A stretch of 64,000 bases of DNA, taken from an uncultured Pseudomonadota bacterium (GTDB lineage: Bacteria; Myxococcota_A; Polyangia; Fen-1088). The DNA lies in NCBI GenBank assembly GCA_963847705.1, contig CAWKBC010000007.1, positions 32,001-96,000 of the forward strand, in the 5' to 3' direction. The position numbers were made by a program, and so were the translations under genes. How positions within the stretch are numbered: the stretch's first letter is position 1; the number at the start of each line of letters is the position of its first letter. This document shows, in pieces, positions 7,925 to 17,551 of this stretch. The notes under the pieces were generated by a model, which was not told where the DNA came from, did no database searches, and was given only the letters and a program-made list of their open reading frames with translations.

Positions 7925-10252
7925 GTGACGGCCCCCGACATCCCCGCCGAGGAGGAGCGGCTGCTCGCGCGCGTGCTGACCAGCCTGGCCGCCCACGCGC
8001 CGGCCGCGCGACCTGCCGCCGGGGCGGCGCCCCGCCGCGACCACATCGAGGAGATGATCGCGCTGCGCGACGAGATCGGCGAGGCGCGCCTGGAAGACGT
8101 GCCGGCCCTGGTGGCGCAGATGGAGCGCCTGCAGAACGTGTCGCTCACGCGCGGCGATCTCCAGACGATCCTGGTCGATCCCGCCGCCCCCTACTTCGGA
8201 CACCTGCGCCTGCGCGAGGAGGTCCGGGGCCGCGGCCCGGTCGAGCGCGACGTCTTCATCGGGCGGGCCACGTTCGTCGACGCCGCCGCCCGGGTGAACG
8301 TGGTCGACTGGCGGCACGCGCCGGTGAGCCAGCTCTTCTATCGCTACGCCGAGGGGAGCGACTACGAGGAGCGCTTCGGCGAGCGCGACGTCGAGGGGGA
8401 GATCGTGGCGCGCCGGGTTCTGACCATCGAAGGCGGCGTCCTGCGGCGGGTGGCTTGCCCGCAGGGCGTCTGGGCGCGCGGCCCGAACGGGGAATGGGCG
8501 CGGACCGATCTGCCGACGCACGAGCTCGCCGGGGGGCAGGAGACGGCGACTCGCCCGGTGCGCGGAAGACTGGGTGCCGCGCCGGTCGGACGGCAGGCGC
8601 TCGACCGCCACCTCCCCGAGATCGCCGCGCTGATCGATCCGCGCCAGTTCGACCTCATCACCGCGCGCGACGCGGGCGTGGTGGTCATCCAGGGGGGCGC
8701 CGGCAGCGGCAAGACCACCGTCGGCCTGCACCGGCTCGGCTACCTGGCGTTCTCCTTTCCCGACAGGTTCCCGCCGCGGAAGCTGGCGGTGGTGACCGGC
8801 GGCGCCGCGCTGGCCGCCTACATCGGCCAGCTGCTGCCGTCGCTGGGCGTGGCCGGCGTCGGCGTCATGACGTTCGGCGAGCTGGCCACGCGCGAGCTGC
8901 GCGCCGAGATCCCCTGGCTGAAGGCGACCATCGTCGACGACACCGTCCCGGCCGTCACGCGCGTCAAGAGCCACCCCGCGCTGTTGCACGAGCTCGAGCG
9001 CGCCTGCGCGGCCTACGCCGGCAAGAAGACCTCGCGCGCGGCGGTCGAGATCTGGGCCGACCTGCTGAGCGATCGCGGCCGGCTGGGCGCCTTGATGGCG
9101 AACGCCGCCGAGATGCCGATCGGCGAGCGCGATCTGACCGAGGCGCACCGGATCATGACCGACCGGGTGGCCGCCATTCAGGCGCGCGATCCGCGCGAGG
9201 GCCAAGGGGATGACAAGAAGCCGCTGCGGACGCGCCGCGCGAAGGCGCGCGAGCGCGCCCCCGGCCCCGACATGCACTGGACCGCGATGGGGCTCGAGCA
9301 GAAGGCCGGCCAGCGCACCGTCGACAGCGATCTGCCCGAAGGCGTTCGCCGCGTGGAAGGGACGGGCGGCGATCCGGACGACGACGCCGACGACGACCAG
9401 AACATCCGCGGGGAGACCGGCATCGACGGCCTGCGGACGGAGGACGACGCCGCCACGCTCGACCTCGACGACGTGGCGATCCTGCTGCGCGCCAGCCAGC
9501 TCTTGCGCGGCGTGAAGCGCCCCTTCGTCCATCTGTTCGTCGACGAGGCGCAGGATCTGTCGCCCATGAAGCTGTCGGTCCTGATCGGCCACATCCCGGC
9601 GCGCCGCTCCCCCACGCCGTCGATCACGCTCGCCGGCGACACCTCGCAGCGGCTGTTCCTGGACAACGGCTTCGGCGACTGGCGCGCCGTTCTCGGTCAC
9701 CTGGGCCTGGCCCACGTGGCGATCGAGCCGCTGCGCATCGCCTACCGCTCGACCCGAGAGATCATGGATGTCGCGCGCGCCGCCATGGGCCCGCTGGCCG
9801 ATCCCGATCCGCCCGAGGCCCCACGCAGCGGCGCCCCGGTCGAGACGTTTCAGTTCCCGGGCGTGGGGGCCGCGGTCGCCTTTTTGGCCGAAGCGCTGCG
9901 CGAGCTGGCCGCCCGGGAACCGCGCGCGACGGTCGCTCTGCTGGCCCGCCACCCCGAGCAGGCGGATCGCTACTACGACGGCCTCCGGCGCGCCGAGGTC
10001 CCGTCGCTGAGGCGCGTCCGGGCGCAAGACTTTGCCTTCCGCCCCGGCGTCGAGGTCACGGACGTCCGCCAGGTCAAGGGGCTGGAGTTCGACTACGTCG
10101 TCATGCTGGACGCCAACGACTCCAGCTACGGCCGCGACGACGAATCACGCCACCTGTTCCACATCGGGGTCACCCGCGCCACCTGGCAGCTCTGGATCGC
10201 GGTCACCGGCGCAGCCAGCCCGCTGGTGCCGGCGGCGTCGTCAGCAGCGTGA
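7925..10252 (+). CDS. SF1 UvrD-family helicase-like ATPase, HelD-like
   Basis: PYFGHL, FIGR, VDWRHAP..LFY N-terminal motifs; QGGAGSGKTT, FVDEAQD, LAGDTSQ, YRST, VKGLEFD, GVTRA. Confidence 0.85.
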   Translation: MTAPDIPAEEERLLARVLTSLAAHAPAARPAAGAAPRRDHIEEMIALRDEIGEARLEDVPALVAQMERLQNVSLTRGDLQTILVDPAAPYFGHLRLREEVRGRGPVERDVFIGRATFVDAAARVNVVDWRHAPVSQLFYRYAEGSDYEERFGERDVEGEIVARRVLTIEGGVLRRVACPQGVWARGPNGEWARTDLPTHELAGGQETATRPVRGRLGAAPVGRQALDRHLPEIAALIDPRQFDLITARDAGVVVIQGGAGSGKTTVGLHRLGYLAFSFPDRFPPRKLAVVTGGAALAAYIGQLLPSLGVAGVGVMTFGELATRELRAEIPWLKATIVDDTVPAVTRVKSHPALLHELERACAAYAGKKTSRAAVEIWADLLSDRGRLGALMANAAEMPIGERDLTEAHRIMTDRVAAIQARDPREGQGDDKKPLRTRRAKARERAPGPDMHWTAMGLEQKAGQRTVDSDLPEGVRRVEGTGGDPDDDADDDQNIRGETGIDGLRTEDDAATLDLDDVAILLRASQLLRGVKRPFVHLFVDEAQDLSPMKLSVLIGHIPARRSPTPSITLAGDTSQRLFLDNGFGDWRAVLGHLGLAHVAIEPLRIAYRSTREIMDVARAAMGPLADPDPPEAPRSGAPVETFQFPGVGAAVAFLAEALRELAAREPRATVALLARHPEQADRYYDGLRRAEVPSLRRVRAQDFAFRPGVEVTDVRQVKGLEFDYVVMLDANDSSYGRDDESRHLFHIGVTRATWQLWIAVTGAASPLVPAASSAA

Positions 10253-10295
10253 GTAGCCAGCCCGCTGGTGCCGGCGGCGGCGTCAGCGGCGTGAG
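10213..10295. repeat. Tandem duplication (period 42 bp) of the helicase 3' end
   Basis: 10213-10253 and 10255-10295 are identical except for 2 substitutions. Confidence 0.85.
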
Positions 10296-10345
10296 GGTCG
10301 CGTTGGCTCGCGCGAGCCGCTTTGCAGTGGCCGCGCGCGCGCCCG

Positions 10346-10927
10346 TCAGCCTCGCGGCTTGGACCAGCTCCCCCGCCGCAGCGGGGTCTTGCGCACGAGC
10401 GGCGCCTTGCGGGCCAGCGTCTTTCCCGGCTGGAGCGCGGAGCGGCGGAGCGTCGAAGTCTTCGGCGAATCATCCGTCGGCGCCGGCGCCGTCACTTTCG
10501 AAGCCGCCGCCGGGCCCTCATCGACCCGCGGAGCCGGCAGCGGTGGGGTCATCAGGTTGGCGAAGGCGGCTGACAGATCGCAGGCGACGGCCAGCTTCGG
10601 TGGATTCGAATCGAGCGTCCGCGACAGCAGCGCCGGCGCGTAGTCGCCGCCCGGCGCCGGAGCCGACAGAACCAGCTTGAACCCCGGCGCATGCACCAGA
10701 TAGCAGTCGCCGCGGCTGGCGATCGCCGGGCCGGAGGTGACGCGCACCCCTTCGAGGCGCGCCAGCACGCGCGCCAGCTCGGCGAGCGTGCTCCCGCGCA
10801 GCGAAACGCGCAGGTTCAGGATCCCGCCCGCCGCGCCCCCCGCGGAGGCGAACGTATGGCCGGCGATCGTCACCGAGGCGACGTCGTTGGCCACTGTCGA
10901 TGGCGGAAAGATTCGGATCGGCGCCAT
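10346..10927 (-). CDS. Hypothetical protein with basic C-terminal tail
   Basis: 193-aa ORF with GC3 bias; promoter 7 nt upstream of ATG; tail KTLARKAPLVRKTPLRRG. Confidence 0.65.
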   Translation of the reverse strand: MAPIRIFPPSTVANDVASVTIAGHTFASAGGAAGGILNLRVSLRGSTLAELARVLARLEGVRVTSGPAIASRGDCYLVHAPGFKLVLSAPAPGGDYAPALLSRTLDSNPPKLAVACDLSAAFANLMTPPLPAPRVDEGPAAASKVTAPAPTDDSPKTSTLRRSALQPGKTLARKAPLVRKTPLRRGSWSKPRG

Positions 10928-10934
10928 TGCTTAC

Positions 10935-10962
10935 ACTATACGCATGTTCAGGCTTCGGTCAA
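10935..10962 (-). promoter_or_regulatory. Sigma70 promoter (TTGACC-16-TATAGT) overlapped by a LexA-box-like site at 10936-10952
   Basis: + strand CTATACGCATGTTCAGG matches 16/17 positions of the M. xanthus LexA consensus CTRHAMRYBYGTTCAGS. Confidence 0.7.
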
Positions 10963-10965
10963 AAC

Positions 10966-11874
10966 TCACCCGAGCAGCAGCACCTTGCCCTCGACGTGCT
11001 TCTCGGCGAGCGCGTGCGCCGCGGCCGCCTCGGCGAGCGGGAACCGCTTGGCGATCGGGATGACCAGCTTCCCGTCGGCGACCGCCCGCGCCAGCTCGCC
11101 GAGCCGCTTCGGATCCGCGTGCGTCATGAACGCCTTCACCACGAATCCTTTTTCCTTGGCGCCGGCCGGCTCACCGAGCACGCTGCCGAGCTTCCCGCCC
11201 GGCTTGAGCTTGGCGAGCAGCCTCTGGATCGTCTCGCCGCCGACGGTGTCGGCAATCCCGTCGAGCAGGGGCAGCTTGGCGATCTCGCCCTCGTCGTCGA
11301 TCGCGACCACCCCGTCGGCGTCCAGCTTGGCCGCCTCGGCCTTCTGACTGCCGCGCACGCCGGCATAGACCTTCGCGCCCCGGGCTTTCGCAGTGAAGAC
11401 CGCCGTCCGTCCGACCCCGCCCAGGGCGCCGGTCACCAGGATCGTCTCTCCGGCCTGCGCGTCGACGGCGCCCTCAGCGAGCTGGGCGCCCGTCAGCACC
11501 ACCAGCGGCAGGGCGCCCGCGTCCGCCAGGTCCAGCTTCGCTGGGACGATCGCCCAGGCGTCGACCGGCGCGACCACCAGCTCCGCGTATCCGCCCCCGT
11601 GCACGCGCCCCAGCACCCGATCCCCGACCGTGAACTCCGTCACCCCCGCTCCGACCGCCGCCACCGTCCCGGAGGCGTCCCGCCCGAGAACGGCCGGCAG
11701 ATCGAGCGGCATGTACTGCCGGAGGGCGCCGCTCCGCTGCTTCCAGTCGACCGGATTCAGGCTCGCCCCCGCCATGCGCACCAGGATCTCCCTGGCCCCC
11801 GGCTTGGGATCGGCGATCGTCCGCAGCTGGAGGGCGGAAGGGGGACCGTATTCAGGCAGGACGATGGCGCGCAT
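10966..11874 (-). CDS. NADP-dependent oxidoreductase (MDR/quinone oxidoreductase family)
   Basis: ASLNPVDWK, GRDASGTV, ILVTGALGGVG, GKVLL. Confidence 0.9.
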   Translation of the reverse strand: MRAIVLPEYGPPSALQLRTIADPKPGAREILVRMAGASLNPVDWKQRSGALRQYMPLDLPAVLGRDASGTVAAVGAGVTEFTVGDRVLGRVHGGGYAELVVAPVDAWAIVPAKLDLADAGALPLVVLTGAQLAEGAVDAQAGETILVTGALGGVGRTAVFTAKARGAKVYAGVRGSQKAEAAKLDADGVVAIDDEGEIAKLPLLDGIADTVGGETIQRLLAKLKPGGKLGSVLGEPAGAKEKGFVVKAFMTHADPKRLGELARAVADGKLVIPIAKRFPLAEAAAAHALAEKHVEGKVLLLG

Positions 11875-11996
11875 GGTTCCTTTCAGCTGATTTCATATAG
11901 TTCTCCCGATGGCCATCCGGAAGTGGCTGGGCCGGGCACCGACGTTGGATGCCGGATCCATGACAGGGGTGCGCTGGCGCGATGCTTGGCGCGCGC

Positions 11997-12848
11997 TCAG
12001 GCCGTCAGCAGCTCGTGGTGCCAGCGCAGGTGGGGCTCCATGAAGGAGCTCACGAAGAAGTAGCCGTGGTCGTAGCCTTCGCGGCGCGCCAGCGTGAGCG
12101 GCTGGCCGGCTTCGGCACAGGCGGCCTCGAACAGCTCGGGGCGGAGCTGCTTCGACAGGAACGGATCGGCCGTCCCCTGGTCGATCAGGATCGGCCGTTC
12201 GAGGCGGCGACCGGCGCGCACCAGCGCCGAGGCGTCCCATTCGCGCCAGGCCTCGCGCGCCGGACCGAGGTAGCCGGTGAACGCCTTTTCGCCCCAGGGC
12301 ACCGCGCCCGGCGTGGCGACGGGGGCGAAGGCCGAGACGCTCCGGTAATCGCCAGGGTTGCGCAGGGCGATCACCAGCGCGCCGTGTCCACCCATGGAGT
12401 GGCCGAAGATTCCGCGCCGCGCGCCGTCGACCGGGAAATTCGCCTCCACCGCCTCCCGCAGGTCGCACGTCACGTAGGTGTACATCCGGTACGCTGACGA
12501 CCAGGGCGCCTGCGTGGCGTCGAGATAGAATCCGGCCCCCAGGCCGAAGTCGTCCGCCGCGTCGTCGCCCGGGAACCGCGTCGCGCGCGGGCTGGTGTCG
12601 CAGGAGACCAGCGCCAGCCCGAGCTCGGCCGCCACGCGCTGGGCGCCGCTCTTGATGGCGAAGGTCTCCTCGCTGCAGGTCAGCCCGGCCAGGTAATAAA
12701 GGACCGGCACGCGCTCGCCGCGCAGCGCGGCCGGCGGCTGATAGACCGCGAAGCGCATCGGGCCAGCGCAGGCGGCGCTCTGATGTTCATAGAACCCCTG
12801 CAGGCCCGCGAAGCAGCGGTGCTCCTTCTTGGTCACCACCCCCGTCAT
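11997..12848 (-). CDS. frmB: S-formylglutathione hydrolase
   Basis: YYLAGLTC, GAGFYLDATQAPW, GHSMGGHG, GYDHGYFF; start may be GTG 12857. Confidence 0.95.
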   Translation of the reverse strand: MTGVVTKKEHRCFAGLQGFYEHQSAACAGPMRFAVYQPPAALRGERVPVLYYLAGLTCSEETFAIKSGAQRVAAELGLALVSCDTSPRATRFPGDDAADDFGLGAGFYLDATQAPWSSAYRMYTYVTCDLREAVEANFPVDGARRGIFGHSMGGHGALVIALRNPGDYRSVSAFAPVATPGAVPWGEKAFTGYLGPAREAWREWDASALVRAGRRLERPILIDQGTADPFLSKQLRPELFEAACAEAGQPLTLARREGYDHGYFFVSSFMEPHLRWHHELLTA

Positions 12849-12853
12849 CGCGC

Positions 12854-13966
12854 TCACCCGAGCTCGACGACCGTGCGGATCGACGTCCCGGCGTGCATCA
12901 GGTCGAAGGCCTCGTTGATGCGCGCGAGCGGCAGCTTGTGCGTGACCAGGCTGTCGACGTCGATCTTCCCCTGCATGTACCAGTCGACGATGCGCGGGAC
13001 GTCGGTGCGCCCGCGCGCGCCGCCGAAGGCGGTCCCCTTCCAGACCCGTCCGGTGACCAGCTGGAAGGGGCGGGTGGCGATCTCCTTGCCGGCGCCCGCC
13101 ACCCCGATGATGACGCTGACGCCCCAGCCGCGGTGGCAGCACTCCAGCGCCTGGCGCATCAGGTTCACGTCGCCCACGCACTCGAAGCTGTAGTCGGCGC
13201 CGCCGCCGGTCAGCTCGACGAGGTGCGCGACCAGATCGCCGCCGAGCTGCTTGGGGTTCACGAAGTGGGTCAGTCCCAGCTTGCGCGCCAGCGGCTCGCG
13301 CGCCGGGTTGAGGTCGACGCCGATGATCTCGTCGGCGCCCGCCAGCCGCGCCCCCTGCACGACGTTGAGGCCGATCCCCCCCAGGCCAAACACGACGACC
13401 TTGGCGCCGGGCTCGACCTTCGCCGTGTAGATGACGGCGCCGATCCCGGTCGTCACGCCGCACCCGATGTAGCAGATCTTGTCGAACGGCGCGTCCGGGC
13501 GGACCTTGGCCACCGCGATCTCCGGCAGCACGGTGTGGTTGGCGAACGTCGAGCAGCCCATGTAGTGGTGAATCTTGGTGCCGCCCAGGGAGAACCGGCT
13601 GGTCCCGTCGGGCATGACCCCCTTCCCCTGTGTGGCGCGGATGGCCGTGCAGAGGTTGGTCTTGCGCGAGAGGCACGATTTGCAGGCGCGACACTCCGGT
13701 GTGTAGAGCGGGATGACGTGGTCCCCCTTGGCCACCGAGGTGACGCCGGCGCCGACGTCGACCACCACACCCGCCCCTTCGTGGCCGAAGATCACCGGGA
13801 ACAGCCCCTCGGGATCGGCGCCCGAGCGGGTGAGCTCGTCGGTGTGGCAGACGCCGGTCGCCTTGATCTCGACCAGCACCTCGCCCGCCTTGGGCCCTTC
13901 CAGCTCGACCTCTTCGATGACCAGCGGCTTGCCCGCCTGGTACGCCACGGCTGCGCGCGTCTTCAT
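12854..13966 (-). CDS. frmA: S-(hydroxymethyl)glutathione dehydrogenase / class III alcohol dehydrogenase
   Basis: [49 protein letters not shown]. Confidence 0.97.
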   Translation of the reverse strand: MKTRAAVAYQAGKPLVIEEVELEGPKAGEVLVEIKATGVCHTDELTRSGADPEGLFPVIFGHEGAGVVVDVGAGVTSVAKGDHVIPLYTPECRACKSCLSRKTNLCTAIRATQGKGVMPDGTSRFSLGGTKIHHYMGCSTFANHTVLPEIAVAKVRPDAPFDKICYIGCGVTTGIGAVIYTAKVEPGAKVVVFGLGGIGLNVVQGARLAGADEIIGVDLNPAREPLARKLGLTHFVNPKQLGGDLVAHLVELTGGGADYSFECVGDVNLMRQALECCHRGWGVSVIIGVAGAGKEIATRPFQLVTGRVWKGTAFGGARGRTDVPRIVDWYMQGKIDVDSLVTHKLPLARINEAFDLMHAGTSIRTVVELG

Positions 13967-14131
13967 CAAAAGCCTCCGCGGGGAACCTCCGCGCGCGAAG
14001 CTTACACGAGGGGGTCCCACCCCGCCGCCGCACCGTGAACGCGTCAGCCCTCCGGCCGCTCCGCGAGTTGGTTCCGTCGTTGGTGAACCGACGGCGCCGC
14101 TCCGTCGATTGTACATGTATTCTGCCCGCCC

Positions 14132-15973
14132 ATGCCCGCCGCACGAGCTCGCCCTGCAACTGCACCCGCAACCGCCTTTGCCACCGCCGCCGCCCCCATC
14201 GTCTATCGCGTCTCGATGCCCGAACCGGGTTCGCACGAGTACCAGATCGAGATGCTGATCCCCGCGCTGCCGGGCCGCGAGCAGGTGGAGATCGTCTTCC
14301 CGGCCTGGGCGCCCGGCAGTTACATGGTGCGTGACTTCGTCCGCCACCTCACCGGGCTCACCGTTCGCGACGGGGCGGGCCGCGCGCTGCCGGCGGCCGG
14401 CTTGGTGCGCGTCGACAAGCAGCGCTGGCGGATCGCCAGCGGCGGTCGCCCCTTCCGGGTCCGCTACCGGATCTTCGCCTTCGAGGCGACGGTGCGGACG
14501 TCGTTCCTCGACGACAGCCACGCCTACTGGAACGGCACCAGCCTGTTCTTCTTCGTCGAGGGTGAGCTCGGGCGCCGCTGCGAGGTCACCGTCGCGCTCC
14601 CCAACCCGCGCTGGCGGGTGGCCACCGCGCTGCCGGCCATCGCCGGACGCCGGCTCAGCTACGCCGCCGCCGACTTCGACGAGCTCTGCGACTCGCCCTT
14701 CGAGATCGGGACGCACGCGCTCTTCACCTTCACCGTCGGACGCACCCAGTTCGAGCTGGCGCTCTATGGCCGCACCAACGCCGATCCGGCGCGCCTGGTG
14801 GACATCCTCCGCCGGGTGGTGACCGCCACGGGGAAGATCTTCGGCGGCTTCCCGTTTCGCCGCTACCTCTTCATCGTGCACGCGCTGCCGGTCGGCTCGG
14901 GCGGTCTCGAGCACCGCGCCTCGGTCACCATGGACATCGCGGGCCTCGGCTTCGAGGACGAGACCGGATACCTCCGCTTCGCCGATCTGGCGGCGCACGA
15001 GTTTTTCCACGCCTGGAACGTCAAGCGCATCCACGACGCCAACCTGGGACCGTTCGACTACACGCGCGAGAGCTACACCCGGCTGCTCTGGCTCTACGAA
15101 GGGTGCACCGACTACCTGGCGCACGTGATCATCCTGCGCGCCGGCGTCACCTGCGAGCGGCAGTTCCTGAGGATGATCGCCGAGGACTGGCCCAAGTACG
15201 CCACGCGCCCCGGGCGCAACGAGACCTCGCTGGAGGAGCTGTCGTTCGAGGCCTGGGTCAAGCAGTACAAGCCGTCGGAGAACTTCACCAACCGGGCGGT
15301 CAGCTACTACGAAAAGGGGCTCTGGACGGCGATGGCGCTCGATCTCGAGCTGCGCCTCACCGGCGACGCCGCCCGCGGGCTGCCAGAGATGCTCCGCCTC
15401 CTGTGGGACGACTTCGGCAGCGCCGAACGGCCGATCACCGACGCCGACGTGCGCGCCGCCGCCGCGCGCATCGCCGGCCGCTCGATGAACCGCTTCTTCG
15501 ACCACTTCGTGCGCGGGACCGACGAGCTGCCGCTCCCCGCGCTCCTGCAGCGCGCCGGGCTCGAGCTCACCGCCCGCGCCGACTGGGACGAGAGCGGCCG
15601 CCCGCTGGCCGAGCGCGATCCGGTCCGCGGCGGCCGCGCGCGCGCCTGGACGGGCCTCACCCTGCAGGCCGACCGGACGACCGTGCGCAACGTGGTGCCC
15701 AAGTCGCCGGCCTGGCGCGCCGGGTTGACCTTCAACGACGAGATCGTCGCCGTGGACGGCGCGCGCGTCACGCCGTCCACGTTCGCCAAGCGGATCGCCG
15801 ATCGCCCGCCCGGCGCCCGCGTGCGGCTCGCCTACTTCCGCCGCGACGAGCTGCGCGAGGCGCGGCTCACGCTGGCCGAGAGCCCCGAGCGCCGGCTGTC
15901 GGTGACCGTCGATCCCCACGCCGGCGCGCGCGCCAACGCCGTCCGCGCCGGCTGGTTCGGCCTCAAGGGGTGA
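14132..15973 (+). CDS. M61 glycyl aminopeptidase with C-terminal PDZ domain
   Basis: [54 protein letters not shown]. Confidence 0.93.
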   Translation: MPAARARPATAPATAFATAAAPIVYRVSMPEPGSHEYQIEMLIPALPGREQVEIVFPAWAPGSYMVRDFVRHLTGLTVRDGAGRALPAAGLVRVDKQRWRIASGGRPFRVRYRIFAFEATVRTSFLDDSHAYWNGTSLFFFVEGELGRRCEVTVALPNPRWRVATALPAIAGRRLSYAAADFDELCDSPFEIGTHALFTFTVGRTQFELALYGRTNADPARLVDILRRVVTATGKIFGGFPFRRYLFIVHALPVGSGGLEHRASVTMDIAGLGFEDETGYLRFADLAAHEFFHAWNVKRIHDANLGPFDYTRESYTRLLWLYEGCTDYLAHVIILRAGVTCERQFLRMIAEDWPKYATRPGRNETSLEELSFEAWVKQYKPSENFTNRAVSYYEKGLWTAMALDLELRLTGDAARGLPEMLRLLWDDFGSAERPITDADVRAAAARIAGRSMNRFFDHFVRGTDELPLPALLQRAGLELTARADWDESGRPLAERDPVRGGRARAWTGLTLQADRTTVRNVVPKSPAWRAGLTFNDEIVAVDGARVTPSTFAKRIADRPPGARVRLAYFRRDELREARLTLAESPERRLSVTVDPHAGARANAVRAGWFGLKG

Positions 15974-17406
15974 AGGTGATTCTGATCGGTCGAGAGGCCG
16001 GTCAGCTTCTGGGCCGCGTCGTCGAACCCGACGTTGCCCAGGTCGATGCCGGGGATCACCAGCGCCGAGACGGTGAGCGTGTCCATCCCGCTGGAGGTGG
16101 CCAGCGGATTCGGCGAGAGGCCCGGCAGCGTGAACGTCGTCGAGCCGTCGAAGATCGTCACCGACCAGGTGCGCGCCCCGCTGCTCGGGTCCTTGAACTC
16201 GGCCGAGTGGAGCGTGGCGCCGGTGACCGGCACGAACGAGTACTGGCCGCCCGAGGCCGCGATCCCCGTCGGTGCCGCCAGCCAGGGGCTGACCACGACC
16301 GGCGAGGTGACACTGACCCCGTGCATCCAGGTGAGCGAGGCCGGCTCGGCGGCGCTCATGGTCGCCTGCGCCGAGGCCAGCAGATCGTAGGCGCCGCCCG
16401 CCAGCCCGGCGGTGGTGGTCCCGCCCAGCTTGGGCACGCTGGCCATCGTGACGTTGGGCCCCAGCGCGGGGACCACCGCCGGGATCCGCCCGGCGCCGCC
16501 CGGCAGCTCGATGGCCGGGTAGGCATTGAAATAGGTCATGCCGGCCGGCAGCGCGGGGAACGTCGCCGAGAAGGGGACCAGATCGCTCGCCGCCACCTGC
16601 GGCAGAGTCTCGTTCACCACCGTCGCCCCGGTCGTCAGATCGAGCCCGGTCAGGAGCGCCCAGCCGAGCGGCGTGACGATGTCGTCCGTCGCGTCGTCCG
16701 GCGTCCCGTTCGGATCCTGGTCGACGATGATCGCGTAGTGCGCCTGCGGGCCTGTACGGGCGACGAGCTGCCAGTTGCAGTCGTCGGCCAGCGCGTTCCG
16801 GACGCAGGCGTTGGCGGGGATCGTCGTCGTCAGCACCGTGCTCCCGACGGAGATGGTGCGCGTCGGTTGCGCGATGTCGTTCGCCAGATCGCCGAGATCC
16901 GTCGTCTGCGAGGCCGCCACCAGACCGATGGTGGTGTGCCCGCTCGCCGGCGCCGGCAAGCTCTCCCAGCCGGCGATGGTGCCGCTCACCATGGCCGTGT
17001 CGGGTGTGGGACGCACGTTCGCCTGGATGTTGATGGTCATGTTCGCGCCGTTGGCGCCGATCCAGGTGCTCGGCGCGTATCCAGCCGCCGAGGCGGTCAC
17101 CGTGACCGCCCCTCGCAGCGCCGGGCAGCTCATCGGGCCGAAGGTCACCAGGCCGGTCGTGTCGGTGAGCGCCATGCAAGGCGCGGAAGCGGACGACACA
17201 CCCACCTGCACCGCCGCCCCCGTCAGCGGCGCGTTGGTGTCGGCGTCGATCACGTAGACGTTGAGGTAGCCGTCGATCGCGCCCCCGCCGAGCCCGGCGC
17301 CCGGAACCAGCACCGGGGCGGGGTGATTGTCCGACACCGACCCGCACCCCACCGCCGCCGCCAGCACCCCGATCGCCAGACAGACCCCACGCGCACTTTT
17401 TCGCAT
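15963..17406 (-). CDS. Hypothetical beta-rich lipoprotein; apparent 1-bp insertion near the 3' end
   Basis: LAAAVGC lipobox; removing one base near 15981 gives ...TDQITFTP* ending at 15963 instead of a 140-bp overlap with the M61 gene. Confidence 0.7.
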
Positions 17407-17551
17407 CTCCCCGCTATCGACACATCAGCGGGAAAAAGAAGAAAAACGGCCGGCTCCCGCTGAACAGGCCAGCGCAGCGTGGCTTTGCCCCGGGGAGCGA
17501 GGGGGGATCGGGGGGTGCGAGCGGCAGCGAGCCGTCGAGTCAGCTCGGCTC

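Noticed and set aside
11997-13966. frmA-frmB without an adjacent regulator
   Set aside because: A common, well-described glutathione-dependent formaldehyde detoxification pair.
12854-17347. 1497-aa minus-strand ORF ending in frmA, and the 724-aa ORF ending in frmB
   Set aside because: Stop-poor high-GC shadow frames; the real genes start at 13966 and 12848 and the extensions overlap well-supported genes.
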